A stretch of DNA of 64,000 bases from the human T2T-CHM13v2.0 reference genome, Homo sapiens: assembly GCF_009914755.1 (NCBI RefSeq), contig NC_060927.1; one strand, 5' to 3'. Below the pieces are notes generated by a model. That model did no database searches and had not been told where the DNA came from. It saw nothing but the letters and a program-made list of their open reading frames with translations. Position 1 is the stretch's first letter; each line of letters opens with the position of its first letter. Below, in pieces: positions 36,475 to 50,234 of the stretch. A program made the position numbers and the translations under genes.

Positions 36475-36850
36475 TAGTAGACCCAGTGGAAAAATGCACC
36501 AAATATATAAACCAGCAATTTATAGAAGTGGAAACAGAAAAGGCCAAACAGCTCAGGAAGAGATGGGAAAGCTCATTAGTAACCAGAGAAATGCACATTA
36601 AAATAACAATGAGCTATCACCTTACATTGATTAGACGGGCAGGAATTAGAAAGCTGGGTTATGCCAAGTGCTGGCATGGGTGTGGCATAGAGAACCTCTG
36701 GTGTCCTGAGTGGGAGTGGTCACCAGTGGAACCAATCAAGAAAGCCATCTCCTAATCTCCCAGTTCTTATGCACATGAAGTTACACACCGAAGAAGCAAC
36801 AATTCTGCTTCTGGATATTTATCCTGAGACATTCTCTGAGGTCCCTTAGG
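36475..36850 (+). mobile_element. Old L1 ORF2 C-terminal fragment
   Basis: Frame reads SSLVTREMHIKITMSYHLTLIR...KCWHGCG, matching L1 ORF2p SSLAIREMQIKTTMRYHLTPVR...RCWRGCG. Confidence 0.8.
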
Positions 36851-38379
36851 CCACATGCAGTGTGTGAAGATATGCTCTGCAGGCAGCTGGGTGCCCACGA
36901 CTCAGGTGCAGATGGACCTGTTCTCACCAACCATCACTTGCCGGGTGCAGGGCAAGGCACGTGACCTCATTCCTTCATTGAAGAAAGAATCCCTTATTAA
37001 TCCCCATTTGACTGCCGAGGAGACAGGCTCCTCGGCAGGTGGAAGCCCTGGCCCAAGTCATGTAGAGAGTCAGTGGCTAAGGTGTGTGACTCTACCTCAT
37101 CAAAGGCAGCCAAGGTCCCAGAGGAGCCCTGTCCTCAGTGGTTTTACTCTCCTCCCCATTAAGGGGGCAGCTCCTGCAGAGATGGAGGCTGTAAGTTCGA
37201 GTGGAATGTGGTCTTGTAGCACATACCCTGGCTATTTTTGGGAGCCCAAGTCTGAATCCTGGCTCTGCCACTCAGCAGCCAGAGCTTGGCAGGCTCAGGC
37301 TTTCCACCTGTGAAGTGGGCCCTCATGAGACCCACCTTAGAGGCTTTGGTGAAGTTTCTTATGCCAAGCTTCTGGCATAAGAAATATATTTCTTTCCCTT
37401 CTCCCCACTTCCCAAGTTCAGGGGGAAATCAGCCATCACCGCCCCACATTTAAATGAGGAAGACTTCTCAGATGGGGTGTGTCTAATCATGGAAGCCAGT
37501 TTTGCAAAGGTGAAATCTGGGCAAACTGAGCACTTGTGCCTGCCGTGCAGCCTCTGCTAAGTGCCCATCCATCTCGGGGCCTCCAGCCCACCCACTGTTA
37601 AATGCAGGGGCTGGACCAGCTGGTCCAGGTGAGTAGATACTCTATGACCCAACCAATGCTACTTGGTCAGGGACCAGGAGCACTGCATGCTCTTGAAGAA
37701 ATTGCCCAGAGTGGGGAAGAGGGGAATCTCAAAGAAGTGCAGGATGATCTACACTTTGACTCATGTGGGACATGTTGAAGGGTTCCAGGCAGCCAGAGGC
37801 TGCATCCTGGTGCCTGCTACACCTCCAGCCCTGCTCTGACCCAGCGCCCCTCTCCCACATAACCCCCTTAGCAAAGCCAGCTGGAGCCTAGCATGCCCTG
37901 CCCTCCACCTGGGCCCAAATATATCCAACAGGGAAGCCTGGCACTGAGCTGCAAGCCTTCCTTGGATAGCAAGCTGGAAGCTGGGATGGGGATGGCAAGA
38001 ACCTGAATCATGAGAGAGGCAGAAACACAGAGCCACCCGATGTGGGGCTCACTTAAAAGAGTCCAGGCCCTGGAGCTAGCCTGCCTGGGGTAAGTCCTGG
38101 CCCTGCCATCTCACAGCTACGCACCTGGGCAAGTCTTCTTGCCCCCTATGTGCCTTCAAGGGGACAACAGCAGTAACTGCTCGCTGGATTGTGCTGAAGA
38201 TGAAGTGGGGCAGTTGCGGGGTGGTCTACACACAACACAGATAAGCCACTGTTACTGTGACACCTGCGAGGCCACCCTCTCCAGTGCCAGCGGTGGGCAG
38301 CGGGAGCAGCAAGCTCTCAGGGTAACACATAGACAAAAATTGCAGATTCAGATCTATCAGGACCAAAGAGCTTATTCTG

Positions 38380-38760
38380 TTGGCATCAGTCAGGAGAGGC
38401 GAGGCTATGCTGTAGTAACAAAAGGCCCCAAATCCCAGTGGCTTAATACAACAAAAGCTTATTTCTCATGCATGCCACATGTCCAAATGGGCTAGCAGCA
38501 GCTTTGCTTTGTGCCATCCTCACTCGGGGAGCAGGCTGATGGAGCAGCCACCACTGGGAACACCGCCAATCTTTGGGCAGAGGGGAGAAGAGAATGGTGA
38601 GTCACACACTGGCTTAACAGCCAGTTAAGTGATGGTGTCTCATCACTTCCCCTTCCGTTCAAACTGGCCAAGGTGTGTCGCATGCTGAACCCCAGTGGGG
38701 CAGGAGGCACAGCTCAATTATATGCCTGGAAGTTGGACAGACAGAATATCTTTGAGCAGT
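38380..38760 (-). mobile_element. Old MLT1 (K/L-like) LTR
   Basis: aggctatgctgtagtaacaaa...cccagtggcttaatacaacaaaagcttatttctca is the reverse of an MLT1 3' end. Confidence 0.65.
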
Positions 38761-40653
38761 TCCAATGACGGCCACGCCGCCCAACCTCCTTTATTACATT
38801 ATTGTTGATGCTATTGTTGTTCTAGGGATGAGTATGCAGGAGCTCAGAGGGATTGAGGAGTTGGCCCCAGACCACAGAGCAGTCAGCGCAGAGCAAGAGC
38901 CGTTTTCTCATTCAATAAGTATTTATTGGACACTCACGTTAGACACACACTGTTTTAGGCACTGGGGAAATTACACAAAACAAAGATCTGTGTTTAAGAC
39001 AATTGTTATGCTGGTGGCAGGTGGGACACAGATGATAAGTGATAAACACATAATAAGCAAGTGAAAGGGATCGTAAGTGGGAAGGTGGGAACAACAAAGT
39101 GGCAGGGAGGGGAGGCTGGAGTTCTGGAAGGAAGCAGGTGCTTTCAGTTCCAAATAGGGTGGTCGGACCTCCTTGAGAAGGTGACATTTAAGCAAAGACT
39201 TGCAGGAGGCAAAAGGGAGAGCCATGGGGACGTTTGGGGGGAGAGCATTCCAAACAGAAGGCCCATTCTGTTATTCAACCAACAAACGTTTATTAGGATC
39301 TGCTCAGGCAAGGCCAGTGCTGAGAGCTTGGCACACAGAGCAGAATAAAAGAATCTCACTTTGAATCCTTGGAGCCCAATGGGGAAGAAGAAAAAGACCT
39401 GATCATTAATTAATTTGTCATTTATTAATTCCCTCATTCATTGAATTCATTGACTCACTCACTAAGCATTTGTTGGTATCCACAGTGTGCCCTCTCTGTA
39501 TGGGGTGCTGGGGCCTTGTTGCAGGATCAGATATGGTCCCTGTCCTTGAGGAGCCCCCAGTCTGGTTGGGGGAGGCAGGAATAGATAGGCAGCTACTAGC
39601 CAATGGGAGAGAGAGAAGGGCACAGCGGTCAGAGAAGCCCAGAGGAGGACTGTGGCTTGGAGAGCTGGGAGGCCTGGCCACATTTCGGGGAAAGACTAGG
39701 GAGGCCTGAGTAGGTGACGACAGTGGGGTTGGAGCGGGAAGATTTGGGAGATGGGATCAACGGGACTTGGTGACAGATTGGATGTGCATGCTGGGAGGAG
39801 AAGGGGGAGCCAAGATTGATTTTGTGTGGGGGGGAGTCCCACCTTGGGTTCTGAAAATCTGGAGAAAGGACCATTCTCTGGGATCACAAATAGGGAATGC
39901 AGAACAATTCTGGTAGAAAATGCTGAGTCCAGATTCGGCCATGTAGGGGAGTGAGGAGTCTGGTGGGAGAGTGTGCTGCATTATAGCAGGGAAGGGGGTT
40001 CAAACCTAGGTCTGCCCTTGCCTGGCTATGTGATCTGTGACAAGTCAGAACTCAATCCCGTTCTAGGTCTTAATCTATCACCTGTAACTGGGGAATGAGG
40101 AATATCTGCCTTGCAGAGTGCTAGGGGAAGAGGGCAGTTCTAGGGAGGTCAAGTAAGTGCTGCATCTGTGGTCATATCTGGCTGCTCCCAGGCCCAATTC
40201 AATCCTAGTTCTGGGGTGGGGCTGGGTTCTGGGTTTCTGTCTTCCCCAAGCTCCACTGCGAGGCTGGTGTGCAGCCAAGGTTGGGAACCTCTGTGGCATC
40301 TGCTGTGCCTGGTGCACCTAGGGAGCCTGATCAGTGGAGCTGCTTTTTTATTTTTATTTTTGATGCTACTATTTCTTGTACTATTATTCAGATGGCAACA
40401 TCTGGAGGCAAGTAGAGAGCTAGCTCTGGAGTGAGGTCCTGCTGGTGGCTGCAGACCCCTGATCTCCCATCATGTGGGCCACTACATTGCCAAGTGGGAG
40501 TCATGCTGCCTTGGGGTTTTTTGAGAAGGGGGCCCTGTGGACACCTGATCAAAAATGGGTAAGAAAGGAAATAGGTTGTGAAAACAGTCTCCACAACTCC
40601 CGTGAAACTACGGGTTTTATTCTTCTCTAGGTAATTTAAAAGTTTTGCCCCCT

Positions 40654-41337
<684 letters not shown>

Positions 41338-41362
41338 TCATGTAAATAGATTCATTACCTAG

Positions 41363-41394
41363 GCATATATATATATGCACACACACACATATAC

Positions 41395-41439
<45 letters not shown>
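41363..41439. repeat. Compound (AT)n(AC)n(GT)19 alternating purine-pyrimidine tract
   Basis: Direct reading. Confidence 0.95.
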
Positions 41440-41453
41440 AGTATATCCACTCA

Positions 41454-42083
41454 CAGCTGACCTTTGAGCAACACGGGTTTGAACTCCTTGGGGCCAATTA
41501 TCCTCAGAGTTTCTTCTGCCTTTGCCAGCCCTGAGACAGCAAGACCAACCCCTCCTCTTCCTCCTCCTCAGGCTACTCAATGGGAAGATGAGGATGGAGA
41601 CTTTTATGACGATCCACTTGCACTTAATGAATAGTAAATATGTTTTCTCTTCCAATGAATAGTAAATACGTTTTCTCTTCCTTGTGATTTTCTTAACAAC
41701 ATTTTATATTTTCAAGCTTACTTTACTGTAAGAATACAGTATATAATACATATAGCATACAAAATATGCATTAACTGAATGAGGATGGAGACCTTTATGA
41801 CGATCCACTTCCACTTAATGAATAGTAAATATGTTTTCTCTTCCCTGTGATTTTCTTACTAACATTTTATATTTTCAAGCTTACTTTACTGTAAGAATAC
41901 AGTATGTAATACATATAACATACAAAATTATGCGTTAAATGACTGTTGATATTATCAGTAAGGCTTCTGGTTAACAGTAGGCTATTAATAGTTAAGTTTT
42001 GGGGTAGTCAAAAGTTATACATAGATTTTCAACTGCAAGATGGGCCAGTGCTCCCAACCCCCACGTTGTTCCAGGGTCAACTA
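41454..42083 (+). mobile_element. Tigger2a/MER28 with internal tandem duplications
   Basis: TIRs CAGCTGACCTTTGAGCAACACGGG ... CACGTTGTTCCAGGGTCAACTA and internal CCTGAGACAGCAAGACCAACCCCTCCTCTTCC. Confidence 0.9.
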
Positions 42084-42240
42084 TACTTATAACGATTATA
42101 TTTTTATTTCCACGAAAAATGAAACGAGACTCTTAAAGCCTGGATTCACATCCACCACACTGCGCAGCAGGTGATTTACCCTTTCTGTCTCTTGTTCTCC
42201 ACATCTAAATGATAACCTCTGCAATAGGCTGGTTTAAACA

Positions 42241-42370
<130 letters not shown>

Positions 42371-42379
42371 TTAAAAAGT

Positions 42380-44150
42380 CAATTCTTGAAAGATATTTAA
42401 ATAATATAAAAATCATCTTTTACGTCTCCCCATGGAATTACCATTTCCAATGCTCCTTGTTCCTTTGCATAAATCCACGTTTCCAGCTGGTGTCATTTTC
42501 CTTTTGCCTAAAGGGCATTCTTTAACAACTTCTTATAGGTAGTGTGGGTCTGCTGATAATGAATTCTTTCACCTTTTGTGTGTCTATAGAAGTAACATCT
42601 TGTTTTCCTCTGGCTGTTTTTAAGATTTTCTCTTTTTCACTGGGTTTTGAGCAATTTGATTATGATGTGCCTTGGTGTGGTTTCTTTCATGTTTCTGTGC
42701 TTGGGGTTTGTGGAGCTCTGGGCTCTGTGGGTTTACAGTTTTCCTTGGATTTCGAACATTTTTGGCTATTAATTTTTCAAATACTTTTTCTGTTCCCCTA
42801 GCCCCTTCTCCTTCCCAGATCCCAACTCCTTGCTTGTTAGGCTGCCTGAAGTTTTCCCACAGATCACTGATGCACTTTTTTGTTTAAAAGTTGCACTTTC
42901 TCTGTATGTTTCATGTTGAATAGTTTCTATTGCTCTGTCTTCAAATTGCTAATCTTTTCTTCTACAATGTCTAATCTGCTGGTAGCCCTGTCTAGTATAT
43001 TTCTTCATCTCAGAACTTGTAGCTTTCATCTTTAGAAATTTCATCTCTAGAAAGCTTTTTTCATATTATATGTACCTCAGCTTAACTTTCTGAACATATG
43101 GCATGCAGTTTCAATGACATTTGTTAATGTCCTTCACAGCTAATTCTACTGTCTGTGGCAGTTCTGGCTTGTTTGGGGTTTTTTTGGTGGGGGGAGAGGG
43201 GAGACAAGGTCTCTCTCTCTCATCCAGGCTGGAGGGCAGTGGTATGATCATACCTTACTGCAGCCTTGACCTCCTTAGTTCAAGAGATCCTTCCACTTCA
43301 ACCTCTCCAATAGCTGAGACTACGGGTGCAAGCCACCACCCTTGGCTAATTTTTGTATATTTTGTAAAGACAGGGTTTTGCCATGTCGCCTAGGCTGGTC
43401 TCAAGCTCCTGTGTTGAAGCAGTTTGCCCACCTTTGGCCTCCCAAAGTGTTGGGATTATAGGCATGAATCACTGAGGTTGGCCCTGGGTTGGTTTTGATT
43501 TTTCTTATAATGGTGTTTTCCTGTGCATGCCTGGTAATCTTTGATTGAATGCCGGACATTGTGAGTTTTTCCTTGTTGGGTGCTGGATATTTTTGAGTTC
43601 CTGTGAATCTCCTTGAGCTTTGGGGTCTTCTCTTTCAGAGAAGTCTGAAACCTTTTCAGGTGCCCAGGCTAGGACTAATCATTCCCCACTACTGAGGCAA
43701 GACCTTCCTGAACAGTCTACCTGCTGCCCTGGCAATTGTGAGATTTCTCGGTCTGACTGGCGGGAACGTGTACTATCCCCAGCCCTGGGACACTACAGGC
43801 AACCTTTTCTCTAATCCTTTCAGATGATTCTTCACTGGCCTCAACTAGTTTCTTCACACACACGCCCTGACCAGTGCTCTGCCAAATACTCAGGGGGACC
43901 CCCTGTAGGTCTCCAGAGCTCCCTCTTTCCTCGCTGGCACTTTGCTCTCTGAACCACAGCTGCCCCCATCTTCCCGGACTCCCAGGAGTTCTCTGGGCTC
44001 TGTGTAGCCCCACCTCCCCGGGCCACCACCTGGAAGCTCTCAAAGCCATAACGGTGTGACCATTACATTCTTTGTTGCCTGAAGTCCAGTTCCTTTAAAA
44101 TCACTGTCTCAGGGATTTTGTCTGCTTTGCTTGTTTGTTTCACGTAAGAG
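42380..44150 (-). mobile_element. Old L1M fragments (ORF1/5' region), interrupted by an Alu
   Basis: T-rich ctctggctgtttttaagattttctcttt...gattatgatgtgccttggtgtgg is typical of reverse-strand L1M. Confidence 0.7.
43200..43483 (-). mobile_element. AluJ-type inserted in an old L1
   Basis: Diverged reverse Alu ending ...ggcatgaatcactgaggttggcc. Confidence 0.88.
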
Positions 44151-44805
44151 CCTGATTTTGGCTGCCATGACTCCATCTTCCCCAGTGATTCTGTGCCTTG
44201 TTCACCTGAATTAAATTCAGTTATTCTCCTCTCCTCCCTCTTCCCTTCTGCAAACTGAGGTTGAAAGGTCCCCTGGTTCAGGCCCTCCACTGCATCTCAA
44301 GGGAGGCCACAGGAAGGCAGGATCACAAGGTTTGGAGAGCCTTGGACATCAAGGGTCCCAGCAACTGGGAAGAAAGAGGAATGACTCATATGGCAGTGCT
44401 GTCCCAATGCCCAGTGGCATGTGCTTAGAGGGACATCTGGGAGCCCATCGGAGCCTGACAGCAGACATCTGGGGAAGGATTATTACCCAATCTGAGAGAG
44501 GAATGAAGTCTCCAACTCCCAGGCCACAGAGCCATGAGAGATCAGGGCTGCATTTGAACTCAGGTTTGGCAGACCCTCATATTAACAGCTAACAGGTACT
44601 GTTCCAAATACTTCATAGGGCTTATGGCATTTAATGCCCAGCACAGCCCTGCCAAGTATGACTGCCTGGCTCAGTTTTGAGCAGGCAATACTTCAGAGTG
44701 ATTGAGAGTGGCCTGGGTTTGAATCCTGCCTCTAGCTCCCTGATGTGGATGACCTTGAGCCCACCACTTTGACTTCTCTGCCTCAGATTCCTCAGCACAC
44801 CCAGG

Positions 44806-45239
44806 TGTTATGGGGTGAATTGTGCCCCCTGCAGAAAATTCCCAAGTTGAGGTCTTAACTCCTGGTACTTCAGGAAGTGTCCTTATTTGGAGATAGAGTT
44901 AATCAAGTTATTTAGAGTTAATCTAGTGAAAATTAATTTTACAGTTAATCAAGTTAAAATCAGGTCATTTATAAGGATATCAGTCATAGTTCAATATGAC
45001 TGCTATCCTCATAAAAAGAGGAAATGTGGACATAGAAATGCACACAGAGGGAAGACAATGTGAAGAGATGAAGACAGAGGGAGAAGGAAGCCTTCTGCCA
45101 GCCAAGGGTTCTCCCTCACGGCCCTCAGAAAAACCAACCCTGCCCAACCTTGATTTGGAACGGTGAGGAAATAAATTTCCATTGTTGAAGCCACGCAGTG
45201 TGCAATACTTCATTACAGCATCCCTAGCAAACAAATGCA
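44806..45239 (+). mobile_element. MLT1B-type MaLR solo LTR inserted into a MIR
   Basis: TGTTATGGGGTGAATTGTGCCCCC start and ...ccctagcaaacaaatgCA end. 5-bp TSD CCAGG/CCAAG. Small internal triplication of GTTAATC at 44898-44955. Confidence 0.87.
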
Positions 45240-46439
45240 CCAAGGCTGACAGTAGCGCCTCCCCCGCGGTGTTACTGTGAGGATTACAGAAGTGCATATG
45301 TGCAAAATGTTTGGGGTAAGGCCTGGCACGCCCTAGCATGCAGTCAAGGATGAGGGGGCTGAGGTCCAGGGAGGCTGAGCGGCAGTGTGTGGATCACACC
45401 CCACACAGTGTGTGAGCCCTGATCCTGTGCTCCTGGCCACTCTGCTGCCCTGTCTGCACTCTAGTCCCGGCTCTCTCCTGAGGACACTTTGCCAGGATCC
45501 CTGCCACCTGTGCCCTCCGTGCCCTTGGTTGGTGCTCAACCATGTTAACTGAACATCCTTTGAGAGATCAAAGGAAAAAATGAAATAGCAGAGAGAGGCC
45601 CAGGCTGGCGGGAAAAGGATGTTACTCAAGGAAGTAATTACATATTAAGTGAAAAAGTCCACCCGAGTGCTCACTGATTCTCCACCCACATCCCTGATGG
45701 ATGTGTGGCCCTGGTTGCCTTCCAAGGGCAACAGCTATGTCAGAGCGTCTGCCACGTGAACTCTGCCACTGTCCAGGTGTGCCGGCCTGCAGGTGGGGAC
45801 CAGTAGATGTCCTTATGGAGAGAAGGGCCCACGTGGCACATAATTAAATGCTAAAGGACACATCCTGGGAGCTGAGCCTCAGTTTCCTCAGCTGTAAAAT
45901 GGGTGTCACTATTTTACAGATGGGGAAACTCTGGGACCTGCAGATGTTCCAGATCCTGTTGTCAAGTGGAATCTCTGCAGCCCAGTCCTCCTGGCGAACA
46001 CCTGTGCCCAGAGAGGGTCAGAGCCGGGCTGCAGAGCACACAGCTCTCCTTGGTCGCCCAGGGTGGGGAGGCAGAAGGAAGACAGAGGTCACTTTTGGGG
46101 GATGGCAGAGGGGAAGGAGGTGGGGTATGCAGATTCCACAGCTCTAGGGACAACCTCTCAAAGCAGGCCTCACTGGCTATGAGGGGAGGCTGAATTTGTG
46201 GGAAAGTGTTGCCAGAAAGAAAAGTGCCCATAATCACCACACATCTCAGCTGCCCACCCTGCCCCCATGTCCGCCCTAGAGAGAGGGACCAGAATGCCTC
46301 CCCCTGCAGCTCAGAGAGGTGGAGGCACTGGCTGCAGGGTCCACAGCTGGAAAGAACTGGGCAGTCCTGCCTGGACCAGAAGTCTAGAAGGCGGGGGCCT
46401 GCCTATCTTATTCAGCATCCAGAGCAGCCTGGCACAGTT

Positions 46440-46620
46440 AAGGTTGCCAGATTTAGCAAATAAAAATACAGGACACCAGTGAAAATGGGAAGTTCAGATG
46501 AAATTCAAATGAATGATTTTTAGTATAGGTATGTCCTGTGTAATATTTGGAACATATTTATACTATATTTTGTTACTGTTGCTTATCAGAAATTCTAATA
46601 TAACTGGGCATTCCTAGGCA
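46440..46620. mobile_element. MER53 (palindromic hAT MITE), diverged
   Basis: AGGTTGCCAGATTTAGCAAATAAAAATACAGGACACCAGT matches the MER53 terminus. Confidence 0.8.
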
Positions 46621-46801
46621 CAGGGAGAGACAGGAGCTGGTGGGGTTTGGGGTGGGGTGGGCGGGGATGGCCTCACTTCAGACTGCCTTGGTTTGAGTCC
46701 TGACTCTGCCACTTCCAAGCCCATGACCTCATCAAGTTGCTGGAAACTCAGCCTTGGTTTCTTCCTCCATATTTTTTTTAAATAATAAATTTAATAGTTT
46801 C

Positions 46802-46804
46802 TAT

Positions 46805-46839
<35 letters not shown>

Positions 46840-47290
46840 TTATTTCAATAGGTTTTTGGGGAACAGGTTGTGTTTGATTTCATGAATAAATTCTTTAGTG
46901 GTGATTTCTGAGATTTTGGTGCACCCATTACCCGAGCAGTGTACACTGTACCCAATGTGCAGTCTTTCCTTTCCCCTGAGCCCCCAGAGTCCATTGTGTC
47001 ATTCTTATGCCTTTGTGTCCTGATAGCTTAACTCCCACTTATTAATGAGAACATACAATGTTTGGTTTTCCATTTCTGAATTACTTCACTTAGAATAACG
47101 GTCTCCAATTCCATCCAGGTTGCTGCAAATGCCATTATTTCATTCCTTTTTATGGCTGAGTAGTATTCCATGGTGTATATATCTATATTACATTTTCTTT
47201 ATCCATTCGTTGATTGCTGGGCATTTGGAATGGTTCCATATTTTTGCACTTGTGAATTGTGCTGCTATACACATGTGTGTGCAGGTATCT
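46802..47290 (-). mobile_element. L1PB-type 3' end with (TTTA)n tail, inserted into a MIR
   Basis: ttcaataggtttttggggaacagg...ttctttagtggtgatttctgagattttggtgcaccca. Partial TSD TTAATAG..CTA at 46791 and 47290. Confidence 0.88.
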
Positions 47291-47459
47291 TAATAGCACC
47301 TACTTTGCAGGGCTGGATTCCATGCAGTAACTCTTCTAATGCCCTCAGAACAGGGCCTGATGCATGGGGAAGACCTGAGTATGTGCTCCTTGTTTTTATT
47401 ATTTACTAAATTAGGGTGATCAGGGGAACTATAATTACTTGCTAGCAGGGTGTCTAAGG

Positions 47460-47963
47460 CAGCAGTTCTCAAGTTTTGGATCTCAGGACCCTTTAACGTT
47501 TAGAAAAATTAGTGCAGGCCTTGAGCTGTTGTGTATAGGTCTGTCGTATCTGTCCATATTTACAATAGTAGAAATTAAAGCTGTGAAAAAATTATGTATT
47601 AATTCATTTGAAAATGTTAACGAATCTATTTTGTTTACATAAATAATACATTTTTCATGAAAAATAGCTCTATGTTTTAAAACCAATAAAATAATATGAA
47701 AGTGAGAAGTGACCTCGTTTTACATCTTTGCAAATCTCTTCACTGCCTGGCTTAATAGAAGTCAGCTGGACTCTCACATCCACTGTTGCCTTCATTCTGC
47801 TACAATATCACACCACGTGTAGCCCTGGGAAACTCCACTGTACACCTGTGAGAGCATGAGTGTGAGAAGGCAAATATCTTCCTATTGCTATGAAAATAAT
47901 TTTGGCCTTTTGCTCTCCTGATCCTCTGAGAGACATCTTAGGACCTCACTTAGAGAATCACTG
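47460..47963 (-). mobile_element. Charlie4a-like hAT element
   Basis: TIRs CAGCAGTTCTC / GAGAATCACTG and identical TCTAAGG on both flanks. Internal ggcttaatagaagtcagctgga and aaactccactgtacac. Confidence 0.8.
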
Positions 47964-50234
47964 TCTAAGGTCTATTTCAGGCAGGGGCCTCTCCAGCCCC
48001 TGATGCCCTCCTGGCACCTGCTGGGCCTGGGGCTGAGTCCAGGCTTGCAGAATCTAGTGGTGGCGGCGTGGTTAGTTGATGGTGTGCATTTGCAGCTGCT
48101 CTCTGATCCAGTAGCACTGGGGAGGCATGCATGGGACTTCCCTGCACTTTACAGTGAGGACGCTCTGGCTCAGAGGGTGGAAGGGCCAAGAGTGGGGGCT
48201 GTGCAGGGGGCATGCTGCTCTGCGTGAGGCAGGAGGGAGCCTCAGAAGGGTGCTCTCTTGGGCCTCAGAGGTTGTCTCTCTTCATGCTGAAGTACCTCTT
48301 GCCTGATATGGCCTCTTAGGGGAGGTGGCATTGGGTCTCTCTCCAACCTACACATCCCCAAGTCCACCCTATCACCGTGCACCCAAGACACCCTCACCCG
48401 CCTGCCTACCAGCCCCCCGCAATGCACACACTGGGCCAGGCAGGTGCAGGGACTGCAGGTGAATGATGAAGGTCAAGCCACGGGCGCCTGGGTGAGACAG
48501 GTTTGCCCGGGCCTCCCTGAGCCCTGGTCTGTGGCCTGGGTCTGGATGGGTGTGCTTTATGTGCATGTGACCTCTACCCCTGGGGGTGGCCCGTGTGTGT
48601 CTCTGAAGCCTCTCGCGGGGTCTGTCAGAGCTTTGTCCCTCCTTTTGTGAGCGTCTGCTCACTCCCGGGGCTGTGTGACTCCTTCTGGGTCTCTTGCTCA
48701 GTGACTCTCTCTCTCTCTCTGTCTGTGTGTGCACTGCACATGCGTGGTGTGACACTTTCTCTGGGTCAGGGCAGCTTGCCATTTCGGGGGCTAAGCTGGG
48801 GAGTGGCTGCAGAGCTCTCCCTTTGTCTCCAGCACATTCTTCTAGGGCCAGAAGCGTTGTTGTGGCAACTGGTGGCTGCCCTGTCAATGGGGCAGATGTG
48901 CCTGTGACCACGTCGAGGGGGCTTGATCTGTGTCCACTCCCCCACTGGCCCCTGGGCAAGCAGGCGGCCCTCAGGACAGGCCCCCCGCTTGTCCTCCAGC
49001 TCCTCCACTCAGACGCCTGCCCAAGCCCACCGCCTCTGAGCCTGGCTGGGCCCAGGCAGGGGGCCTGGCGAGTCTGGGAACAGGCTCCGATCTCATTCAT
49101 TCTCATTCAACAAATATTTATTAACCCCAACTGTGTGCTGGCACTGGGAACCCAGCAGCCACAAAGACAGACAAAGTCCTGCTCTCTTGAAACTTAATGA
49201 CCATATTAATACGCAAAGCTCACACTTCCACACCCTCACGGCATGCCAGGCACTATGTTTAGCAACTTGCATATATTAACTCATTTAATCACTGTGATAA
49301 TCCCATTACTCTTCCTATTTTACTAATGATGAAGTACAAGCACAGAGATGTTAAGTTATTTGCCCCAAACCACACAGCCAGTAAATAGAGCCAGGAGTGA
49401 ATCCAGGGCATCTGGCTCCAGGGTCCATGCTCTTAATCACTATACTGTATAGCCTCTAACAAATGAGAAGCATCATTTCAGATAGTGGTAAGAGCCACGA
49501 AGAAACAAAAATAGTGGGTGAGGGGGTGCTGGGAGCCAGGTTAGTTGTGAGTATGTCCTGAAGTGTTGGCATTTGACATGAGCCCTATTAACAAGAAAGA
49601 GTCAGCCATGCGATGACCAGAGGGAGCAGCATGTGCACAGGCCCAGAGGCAGTGTGGAAGCTGGCTTGTTAGAGGAACAGAAGGAGGAGGGATAGGCTAG
49701 ATCCTGGATAGAAAGGGGCTCTGTGCTGTACCAAATGAACTCCCAGATCCCACAGCCGTGTATTTCCTGCCTGCGGATATTCCTGACCAGCAGGTTGACT
49801 TTCCTCCAGGTGGACAGTCAGGGACCCAGAGCCCTTCCTTCTGTGGCTTCACAGCTGGCATCCCATGGCCCACATAGGTAAGGAGCGTTGGGGGTGTTGA
49901 CGGGCCAGGAAGTGGAGTGCATCGCCTCTACTCCATCATCCAGAACCCAGTCACATGGCCCAGAATAAGAGGATCTGGGAGTGGCAAAAAGCCAGCCAGA
50001 CTCAGCCCCATAAATGGCTGGTGGTTGTGCAGACAGAGAGAGCTCAGATTTGGGTATAGTTTGAGGTTGAATCAATGGGACTTGTTGATGGATGGAGTAG
50101 AGGAAGACAAGACCCATGACTGACTCCAGGACTGCACAACTGGCAGGGTGAGCAGCTGAGGCTCGAGGGCTCCACACAGCAGAATGGCTGTGTCCCCACC
50201 ATAGCATCAGTGCTAAGGAGCTCTCCTTTTGTTC

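Noticed and set aside
46440-46620. MER53 as a miR-1302-type hairpin gene
   Set aside because: The copy is diverged and its right arm is truncated, so the long stem is poorly preserved.
46642-46666. G-quadruplex motif GGGGTTTGGGGTGGGGTGGGCGGGG (similar motifs at ~4067 and ~8758)
   Set aside because: Common in this GC-rich isochore and not tied to any feature.
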